From: an uncultured Gammaproteobacteria bacterium
GTDB lineage: Bacteria; Pseudomonadota; Gammaproteobacteria; GCA-001735895
Length of the DNA stretch: 64,000 nt
NCBI GenBank assembly: GCA_913061315.1
Contig: CAJXUC010000013.1
Span: forward strand, 2,764 to 66,763
Direction: 5' to 3'
This document shows positions 57,061 to 64,000 of this stretch, piece by piece. The position numbers and the translations under genes are program-made. A model generated the notes under the pieces. That model ran no database searches. It was not told the origin of the DNA and saw only the letters and a list, made by a program, of their open reading frames with translations. The stretch's first letter is position 1; each line of letters starts with the position of its first letter.

Positions 57061-58017
57061 TTGAACCATAACCAGCCCCTTTATTCTGAATATAAAACTG
57101 TCCAAAAATTAATGAATAGAAATACTCCACCACCATCAAAATTAAAAAAACGCCTGACTGTCGTTGATTTCTTGCTTTATGGGGCTGTGGCACTGTTTAT
57201 TTTTTATGCTGTCTACCGTGTTAATGACGTATTGGTCTACCATTGGAACTGGTCAAAAGTGCTGGGCTTCTTGGTTAAATTTGATGACGAATCAGAGGCC
57301 TGGGTCTCGAACCTTCTTTTGCAAGGTCTGTGGACAACATTACGCCTAGCCCTTTGGGCTACAGTCCTTGCGACTGTTTTCGGTATTGTGATGGGTTATT
57401 GGCGCACCTGTAAGAATTTAACGCTACGTATTATCAGCCGTACTTATGTCGAATTGATTCGAAATATGCCACCGGTTGTTTTCATATTCATTTTTTACTT
57501 TTTTGTTTCAAGTCAAATTTTTCCTGCCCTCGGAATTGAAGACATCGATAGTGAAGGGGCATTTGCCTCAAGCGCCATGTTTCATTTTATGTTCGGTGAC
57601 CCACAATTATTCTCTAATTTTCTGGCAGGCATGCTTTGTTTGGCATTGTTTGAAGGTGCCTATATTACTGAAATCGTTCGAGCAGGCATTCAATCGACAG
57701 AAAAAGGTCAATGGGAAGCGGCTCGTGCCATTGGACTATCACCCTTTAATGTCCTTCGTGATATTGTAATTCCTCAGGCGGTCCGAAAAATTCTTCCACC
57801 ACTAGCAGGGCAATTTATTACTTTAATTAAAGATTCGGCCATCATTTCATTAATCTCTATTCAGGAACTCACCTTTGTTGCAACTGAAGTAGCGGCTACC
57901 ACAACTCGAGTCTTTGAAACCTGGATTTTAGTTGGATTTATGTACTTTATACTTTGTTACAGTTTTGCCCTGTTATTTGCGCACCTAGAAAGACGCGCAA
58001 AACGAAGCCAACGATAA
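57061..58017 (+). CDS. Polar amino acid ABC transporter permease (second)
   Basis: 318 aa with a TTG start; an alternative ATG lies ~15 codons downstream. The EAA-loop block is WEAARAIGLSPFNVLRDIVIPQ. Confidence 0.88.
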   Translation: MNHNQPLYSEYKTVQKLMNRNTPPPSKLKKRLTVVDFLLYGAVALFIFYAVYRVNDVLVYHWNWSKVLGFLVKFDDESEAWVSNLLLQGLWTTLRLALWATVLATVFGIVMGYWRTCKNLTLRIISRTYVELIRNMPPVVFIFIFYFFVSSQIFPALGIEDIDSEGAFASSAMFHFMFGDPQLFSNFLAGMLCLALFEGAYITEIVRAGIQSTEKGQWEAARAIGLSPFNVLRDIVIPQAVRKILPPLAGQFITLIKDSAIISLISIQELTFVATEVAATTTRVFETWILVGFMYFILCYSFALLFAHLERRAKRSQR

Positions 58018-58030
58018 ACGAGATTAACCC

Positions 58031-58786
58031 ATGTCTGACAATAAAATTGGCACCCCACTTGTAGAAATTACTGGTCTGTCAAAATGGTATGGAGACTTCA
58101 GTGCTTTATACGACATTAATTTGACCGTTTCTTCGGGTGAAAAAGTCGTCGTTTGTGGCCCCTCGGGTTCGGGTAAATCAACTATGATTCGCTGTATTAA
58201 TCAACTCGAAGAACATCAGGTCGGCACCATTTTTGTGGATGGCCGGGAAGTTAAGCCTGGCATGAAAAACATCGAAGAAGTACGTCGTGACGTCGGTATG
58301 GTTTTCCAAAGCTTTAACCTATTCCCTCACCTATCAGTGGTCGATAACCTCACCATTGGGCCAATGCGTAACAAAGGAATATCAAAGGCGGAAGCCACTG
58401 AAATTGCAATGCACTTCTTGGAACGCGTTCACATTGCCGAACAAGCTGATAAATATCCACCACAACTGTCTGGTGGGCAACAACAACGCGTGGCCATTGC
58501 AAGGGCTCTCTGCCTGAAACCTAAAATTATGCTTTTTGACGAACCCACTTCTGCACTGGACCCCGAAATGATCGCTGGGGTGCTTGATATTATGATCGAG
58601 CTTGCAGAAGACGGCATGACGATGATTTGTGTTACCCATGAGATGGGCTTTGCGCGCAAAGTAGCCGATCGTATTGTGTTTATGGACGAAGGTGAAATTG
58701 TCGAAGTGGCTGAACCTGAAACTTTTTTTAATAATCCCTCAACCGACCGGTCAAAATTATTTCTCAGTCAGCTTTTAGGCCATTAA
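58031..58786 (+). CDS. Polar amino acid ABC transporter ATP-binding protein
   Basis: 251 aa with Walker A GPSGSGKST, signature LSGGQQQRVAIARAL and Walker B IMLFDEPTSALD. Confidence 0.95.
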   Translation: MSDNKIGTPLVEITGLSKWYGDFSALYDINLTVSSGEKVVVCGPSGSGKSTMIRCINQLEEHQVGTIFVDGREVKPGMKNIEEVRRDVGMVFQSFNLFPHLSVVDNLTIGPMRNKGISKAEATEIAMHFLERVHIAEQADKYPPQLSGGQQQRVAIARALCLKPKIMLFDEPTSALDPEMIAGVLDIMIELAEDGMTMICVTHEMGFARKVADRIVFMDEGEIVEVAEPETFFNNPSTDRSKLFLSQLLGH

Positions 58787-58833
58787 AGTAACCCAAGCAT
58801 CTAATAGCAACTTCTAAGGTTGCTGAGAACTAC

Positions 58834-60537
58834 ATGTCAAAAACTCCAAATCATCTTCAAACTGAATCTCCCAAAAAATATAATTTAGGCTCATACAGTC
58901 GATGGGTTACCAACAACAGTCAGGCCGCATTGGACTCTTTTAACAAAGGTTTAATCTGGATTTATGCTTTCGATCTAGAAATGGCGGGAAGGTGTTTCCG
59001 TGAAGCAATTGAACAAGATGATAATTGCACGATGGCCTGGTGGGGACTCGCTTATTCTTCAGGTATTTACTACAACAAACCTTGGCATCGCATGCAAAAG
59101 GATGAACTGGCACAGAAGCTCCAGATCACTTATCAAACTTCCCGTACTGCGGCCAAAAAGACAGATCACATAACCCCCGTTGAGACCATGCTAGTTAATG
59201 CTTTGCAGGCACGTTACCAGTCACCAAAGCCCGTCAATGAATCAAATTATCATCAATGGGACGACGACTATGCCGCTGAAATGCGTTTGGTTTACACTGC
59301 CTACCCTAACGACGACGATATTTGTGCCTTGTTTGCCGAAGCGTTAATGACTCGAACGCCCTGGGCCTTGTGGGACTTGCGCAGTGGTGAACCGGCTCAA
59401 AACGCATCAACTCGGGAAGCCGTTGAAGTACTAGAAACCGCCATGAAACGAACTGAATCGGTTGGCGGTGAACCGCACCCTGGCGTGTTACACATGTACA
59501 TTCACGTTATGGAGATGTCTCCATTTCCTGAAAAAGCCCTCCGTGCCTGCGATAAATTACGACAACTGGTGCCCAGTTCTGGACATCTCTGCCATATGCC
59601 TTCCCATATCGATGTTCGTTGTGGTCATTATTACGAAGCAGTCGTAGCTAACGATCGAGCCATTGAGGCCGACAGAGTTTATGTTGCGAATGAAGGAGCA
59701 ATGAACTTCCATACTTTGTCTCGTATTCATAATTTTCATCTCAAAATTTATGCGTCTCTATTTCTGGGTCAGTACAATTCGGCTATGGAGGCTGCTGAGG
59801 AATTAATTGCTACCACGCCTGAAGCACTACTGCGTATCGAAAGTCCAGCCATGGCTGACTGGATGGAAGCTTACATTGGTATGAAAGCCCATATTTTTAT
59901 ACGTTTTGGTAAATGGCAAGAAATCATCAATGAAGCACTGCCGAATGATGCTGATTTGTATCGAATGACCACCGCTGTTTGGCACTATGCAAAAACAATA
60001 GCCCATGCAGCACTGGGAAATGTTCCCGCTGCGGTTGAGCAAAGCCTTTTGTTTGATCAGGCTGTTTTGCGGGTACCTGAAAGCCGATACATTTTTAACA
60101 ATAGTTGCTTGGATGTGTTAAAAATTGCAGAACAAATGATGCTCGGTGAAATTGAATATCGCAAACAGAACTACGAAGTGGCCTACGACCATTTGCGTTT
60201 CGCTGTGCAGTTAGATGACGACCTTAAATACGACGAACCATGGGGATGGATGCAACCTGCTCGCCATGCGTTAGGGGCACTGCTGCTAGAACAAGGTCAT
60301 ATAGAAAAAGCTAAACAGATCTATCTCGACGATCTTGGTTTATCCGACACACTCGTTAGCACTTCTCAACATAGAGATAACCTGTGGAGCTTACATGGTC
60401 TCGTTGAATGCCTTGAACGCGAAGGTGACCTGGTTCAAGCCAAACAGATGAGAGCTCGGCTTAACCTAGCTAAAGCACGTGCAGATGTGCCCATCGAGGC
60501 ATCTTGTGCTTGTCGACTTCAACATCATGAAAAATAA
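58834..60537 (+). CDS. Uncharacterised helical-repeat (TPR-like) protein
   Basis: 567-aa ORF starting 47 nt after the ABC ATPase gene. The sequence is alpha-helical and repeat-like (..AGRCFREAIEQDDNCTMAWWGLAYSSGIYYNKPW..). I cannot assign a function. Confidence 0.6.
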   Translation: MSKTPNHLQTESPKKYNLGSYSRWVTNNSQAALDSFNKGLIWIYAFDLEMAGRCFREAIEQDDNCTMAWWGLAYSSGIYYNKPWHRMQKDELAQKLQITYQTSRTAAKKTDHITPVETMLVNALQARYQSPKPVNESNYHQWDDDYAAEMRLVYTAYPNDDDICALFAEALMTRTPWALWDLRSGEPAQNASTREAVEVLETAMKRTESVGGEPHPGVLHMYIHVMEMSPFPEKALRACDKLRQLVPSSGHLCHMPSHIDVRCGHYYEAVVANDRAIEADRVYVANEGAMNFHTLSRIHNFHLKIYASLFLGQYNSAMEAAEELIATTPEALLRIESPAMADWMEAYIGMKAHIFIRFGKWQEIINEALPNDADLYRMTTAVWHYAKTIAHAALGNVPAAVEQSLLFDQAVLRVPESRYIFNNSCLDVLKIAEQMMLGEIEYRKQNYEVAYDHLRFAVQLDDDLKYDEPWGWMQPARHALGALLLEQGHIEKAKQIYLDDLGLSDTLVSTSQHRDNLWSLHGLVECLEREGDLVQAKQMRARLNLAKARADVPIEASCACRLQHHEK

Positions 60538-60625
60538 AAGCAGGGTGAAAAATATAACTTCTGTTTTATTTAAGGTGTTAATATTTATACCCATAATATA
60601 GTCTCATTAACAGATTGGTCATAAT

Positions 60626-61102
60626 ATGAAATCATTAATATTAGGAATAGTAAGTTGCCTTGTGACTATACCTTTATGGGCGGCAAACCCCGTTTGGTTA
60701 GAAGGTAAAACAAGTGATCAATACGAGATTACAGTTTATCGCAGTGCCACCTGCGGTTGCTGTAAAGCTTGGGTAAGCCACCTAAAGGATCATAATTTTG
60801 ACGTAACGGATACGACAGTTGATGACGTCAATAAATTTAAACAACAATTCAATATTCCAACGGATGCGGCGTCTTGCCATACGGCTATGGTCAATGGAGT
60901 AGCCATTGAAGGTCATGTGCCCGCCCAAGACATCAAACGCTTACTCAAAGACAAAGGTGATATAAGATTACTGACCGTTCCTATGATGCCTTCAGGCACA
61001 CCTGGAATGGATAGGCCAGGTGCGCCAAAAAATGATTTTAAAGTCTACTCAATAACCCAAGATGACCAAGTAGACGTTTACAACACCTACAGTAATTACT
61101 AA
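60626..61102 (+). CDS. DUF411 (CopG-type) periplasmic metal-binding protein
   Basis: 158 aa. It has a signal peptide and the CxCC motif in YRSATCGCCKAW, followed by ASCHTAMVNGVAIEGHVP. Confidence 0.85.
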   Translation: MKSLILGIVSCLVTIPLWAANPVWLEGKTSDQYEITVYRSATCGCCKAWVSHLKDHNFDVTDTTVDDVNKFKQQFNIPTDAASCHTAMVNGVAIEGHVPAQDIKRLLKDKGDIRLLTVPMMPSGTPGMDRPGAPKNDFKVYSITQDDQVDVYNTYSNY

Positions 61103-61504
61103 ATAAACTGCCTACAGCGACAAACACCTTATATTTTTCTACTGCGGATGAACGGCGCTTTCCGAAACAAGATAATCACCCATTGACTTGCAGCCAACCG
61201 AGAGACTCTTCGAGGCCAACCGTATTTTGATAGCGACTCCACTGCCAGTTTTCTGCTTTAACTTAATTACGTGCTTCATTCAAGATGCAAGACTTGACCC
61301 TAAATTCTTGCTTAATTCTTAGAAATAATTCTGAAAATTGACATCAGCGTATAGGGCTTTTTTCCTTCCTATACTTGATCACTTTGAATTGATAGTACCC
61401 CTTATAGAGTCGATTCTAGAGGCGCTGCGTCAGATTAAACTACCAAGCTAAATAAGGAAAAAGAAGTCATGTTTTCAGAAAAAACTCCAGGATTGGCCCT
61501 GCAC

Positions 61505-61777
61505 TCATAGCATTCTTATTTGTTGTGATCGTATAGCTGGTGGCAATGTCGTTGGGTTCTCATAAAAGACTTCACCCTGTATGACCTTTGCATCGGTCTG
61601 CGCTTTGGTATAGGTGTTTGCAACTGTGAACGATTGTAATGCAACAATGCGTACAATGGTCCCAACGACTGCTCCATTATTTAGTACCACTGCTGTACCG
61701 TTGGTTGCTACGTAGTCGGCTACTAGTATGTCCAAGCCACCATAGGTTACATGTAGGTTGTTTGCTGAGTAAGCCAA
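61505..61777 (-). other. Orphan ORF / probable gene fragment
   Basis: 90 aa with a TTG start. A different frame just upstream also reads protein-like (RQLALKVQKYYDKLDANWLAYHQGIKE), suggesting a frameshifted remnant. The TYTKAQTDAKV stretch is faintly reminiscent of phage tail-fibre repeats. Confidence 0.25.
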
Positions 61778-61934
61778 GACGATGCTCTTTTATACCTTGA
61801 TGGTAGGCTAGCCAATTAGCATCGAGCTTATCATAATATTTTTGCACCTTTAAAGCGAGTTGCCTAGGGTGGTTTTTAAAGGGGCTTTAGTGAATCATTT
61901 GCTGAGTCTTTTGCTATGATAATGTTGCAAAAAC

Positions 61935-61975
61935 AAGCTAGGCCATCACCCCCTGAGGGCCTAGCTTTTTAATTA
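61935..61975 (-). terminator. Strong rho-independent (bidirectional) terminator downstream of the AraC-family gene
   Basis: A 10-bp perfect stem AAGCTAGGCC / GGCCTAGCTT has an inner TCA/TGA extension around a CCCCC loop. T-runs follow on both strands (ttttt on plus, gttttt on minus). It lies 30 nt after the AraC stop. Confidence 0.7.
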
Positions 61976-61997
61976 TGCTACCGTTTTAATACCCCCC

Positions 61998-63053
61998 TCA
62001 TAATCCTATTGCCGCCCTGTCCCTGCCTATGTTCCTGAAACTACTGGGCGTCATTCCAGACCAGCGTTTAAAAGCAATGCGAAAACTCCTGACATCCTTG
62101 TAGCCTAAAACTAGGGCGATAGAGTCAAAGGAGGTATTCGCCAGTACCAGTATTTTTTTTGCCTCGAAGAATCTGACTTCATCCAATATCTCCTGGTAGG
62201 AATAATCCAGCGTTGACAAGCGCCGCCTTAAAGTTCGGGAGGAAATATTAAAGTGTGCCGCCGCTTTCTCTATGGAGGGCTGCGCGGTGAGACTTACCAG
62301 CAGATAGTCTTTTAAGGTGGCAACCAGGGTGTATTTTTCCAGTAGTGATACGACTAGGTTTTTGCATAGTTCATCGGTCACTATTGCCTGCTCAGGTTTT
62401 GCGTAAGGCAGTTTTCTGGACATCAATGCTGGGGTCAGAATGATTTTATTGTGCTGTGCGCCAAAGTTAACCGGACACTGGAACAGGTCACGATAGGGTT
62501 GGCTGTCCGGCCCCCGGCTGGGGTGGGAAAAATACACCGAGTGAAACCTCACCTCCTCCATTACTATCTCATTGATCACGGTGTGCAGCGAGGCAAAGGT
62601 GCTATCGGTTTCAAGTTCAACAGCAAAAGGGTCTTCAGGCGTAGGATGTATGCTTAAAATATAATACGGTTCTCCATTGAGCTGCTCGTAGCTTAGCGAT
62701 AACTCACAGGACCAGCTGATCAGGGGCGTATATTTAACTGCTAATAAGATGGCTTGGTGGACCGTATCAGCGCCTAACATGGCTTGACCCAACATTCCAA
62801 AACGACTGATACCCAATTGCTGACCGTGGCGGATGCCAAGGTGAGGGTCTTTATTGTGCTGGGCGATATGGGTATAAAGTTCCAACTCCTGATCCAGCGT
62901 CAGCCGAAACCCAGGCTCCCCCAGATCCTCGGCACTGACACCGGTTGCCTCCAGTAAACGGGCCAAAGGCACGCCCTGCTGCTCGGTTAGTACCCGCAGC
63001 AGTTGCTGAATTTCAAAGCTGTGCCAAAGAGGAATTGGTGGATTTGTGGCCAT
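61998..63053 (-). CDS. AraC-family transcriptional regulator with N-terminal ligand-binding domain
   Basis: 351 aa. The C-terminal dual HTH is IEKAAAHFNISSRTLRRRL .. SIALVLGYKDVRSFRIAFKRWSGMTPSSFR. It is divergent from the FAD oxidoreductase gene. Confidence 0.9.
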   Translation of the reverse strand: MATNPPIPLWHSFEIQQLLRVLTEQQGVPLARLLEATGVSAEDLGEPGFRLTLDQELELYTHIAQHNKDPHLGIRHGQQLGISRFGMLGQAMLGADTVHQAILLAVKYTPLISWSCELSLSYEQLNGEPYYILSIHPTPEDPFAVELETDSTFASLHTVINEIVMEEVRFHSVYFSHPSRGPDSQPYRDLFQCPVNFGAQHNKIILTPALMSRKLPYAKPEQAIVTDELCKNLVVSLLEKYTLVATLKDYLLVSLTAQPSIEKAAAHFNISSRTLRRRLSTLDYSYQEILDEVRFFEAKKILVLANTSFDSIALVLGYKDVRSFRIAFKRWSGMTPSSFRNIGRDRAAIGL

Positions 63054-63138
63054 ATAATTCGATTAATCTGTCCGAATAGTTCTCCCTATTGTCCACTATC
63101 TTCCGCGCTATTTGCAACCGCCTGCATTATGTTAAATT

Positions 63139-64000
63139 ATGAATACAAAAAACGTTTCAATCCCTGAGTGGGCACAAGTCGTCATTGTAGGTGGCGGAAT
63201 TATTGGTTGCAGTGTCGCCTACCACCTGACCAAATTAGGTTGGAAGGATATCCTGTTACTGGAACGGGACCAGTTGACTTCGGGCACCACCTGGCACGCG
63301 GCGGGCCTTATTGTGTCGGGACTGTTGAGTGACGAGACCAGTGCTGACATATTCACCTATGGTCGTGACCTCTACAGTCGCCTCGAGCAGGAAACCGGTC
63401 TGGCGACTGGCTTTAAATCGGTCGGCTATGTACAAGTTGCCTGTAATCAGGAGCGGCTGGAAGAAATGCGTCGTTCCGCTGCCTTTATGCGCACCCGCGG
63501 TATCGATTGCAATGAAATTTCCGTGGAGCAGGTTAAAGAACATTGGCCGCTGGCGAAACTCGACGATGTTATCGCTGGTTTTTATACCGCCGAAGATGGC
63601 CGCGCCAACCCGGTAGATCTAACCATGTCGCTGGCCCGAGGGGCCAAGATGGGCGGTGCCAACATTATCGAGGGTGTTAGTGTAACCGGTGTCAATCAAG
63701 AAAATGGTAAAGTCACCGGCGTCACCACCACCATGGGGTCAATTGAATCCCCTTATGTGGTGAATTGTGCGGGCATGTGGGCACGCCAGTTTGGCGAAAT
63801 GGCGGGGGTCAATCTGCCGCTGCAGGCCGCCGAACATTACTACCTGATTACCGATGATATGGACGGTATGCATCGGGATTTACCGATCATGGAGGATCCC
63901 GATAGCTACGCCTACTACCGCGAAGAAATGGGCAGCTTGATGATTGGCTTGTTTGAACCCGTGGCCAAATCATGGAACCTGGACCGGATCCCCGACAACT
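63139..64000 (+). CDS. FAD-dependent oxidoreductase, dimethylglycine/sarcosine-dehydrogenase-like, 3' end outside the window
   Basis: The frame has no stop in the window, so it is not in the ORF track. My translation from ATG 63139 is MNTKNVSIPEWAQVVIVGGGIIGCSVAYHLTKLGWKDILLLERDQLTSGTTWHAAGL.. (DAO-type Rossmann N-terminus). It continues open to 64000. Confidence 0.85.
   Translation, partial: MNTKNVSIPEWAQVVIVGGGIIGCSVAYHLTKLGWKDILLLERDQLTSGTTWHAAGLIVSGLLSDETSADIFTYGRDLYSRLEQETGLATGFKSVGYVQVACNQERLEEMRRSAAFMRTRGIDCNEISVEQVKEHWPLAKLDDVIAGFYTAEDGRANPVDLTMSLARGAKMGGANIIEGVSVTGVNQENGKVTGVTTTMGSIESPYVVNCAGMWARQFGEMAGVNLPLQAAEHYYLITDDMDGMHRDLPIMEDPDSYAYYREEMGSLMIGLFEPVAKSWNLDRIPDN

Noticed and set aside
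63256-63616. Two 95-aa ORFs (63256..63543 minus, 63329..63616 plus)
   Set aside because: Both lie inside the long open frame starting at ATG 63139, which has a canonical FAD Rossmann N-terminus. They are shadow ORFs typical of GC-richer coding DNA.
1-64000. tRNA, rRNA, tmRNA, CRISPR arrays, intact IS elements or integrases
   Set aside because: I found no T-loop/acceptor-like conserved strings, no rRNA-like stretches, no spaced direct repeats and no transposase/integrase-like ORFs. This is an eye scan only, so tRNAscan-SE/Infernal and ISfinder searches would be the definitive check.

Overview
This 64-kb window looks like part of an AT-rich gammaproteobacterial chromosome. The evidence is gene order: uvrY-uvrC, fabH-plsX-rpmF-yceD next to maf, divergent rluC/rne, and glyA-nrdR-ribD..ribE-ribBA-ribH-nusB-thiL-pgpA. 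Positions 1-25.3 kb hold tightly packed housekeeping genes. The exceptions there are a class III cyclase-FHA fusion and an HslV/proteasome-like gene wedged into the rib operon. Positions 25.3-61.9 kb look accessory. They contain several decayed genes: a PP2C phosphatase directly upstream of an intact Ser/Thr kinase, a class III aminotransferase, an Asp/Glu-racemase-family fragment and an unidentified remnant. They also contain a short form of the large NAD-glutamate dehydrogenase, a eukaryote-like mu-class GST, and soxBDAG. A catabolic island follows, made of an amidase, a DUF1116 protein, two unknown paralogues, an aldehyde dehydrogenase, a DoeB-like deacylase, an aminotransferase, a split ThDP decarboxylase, a LysR regulator, a Rieske oxygenase and a polar amino acid ABC transporter. 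The best candidate for undescribed biology is the translationally coupled four-gene module at 44188-47960. It has two tandem paralogous proteins of about 210 aa that I cannot place in any family, an orphan YlbE-like DUF1116 protein, and an amidase-signature enzyme. The last ~2 kb (AraC regulator plus a partial dimethylglycine-dehydrogenase-like gene) is visibly more GC-rich than the rest and is preceded by gene debris. I recognised no rRNA, tRNA, CRISPR array or intact mobile element. All family assignments rest on motif recognition from the supplied translations and my own translations, not on database searches.
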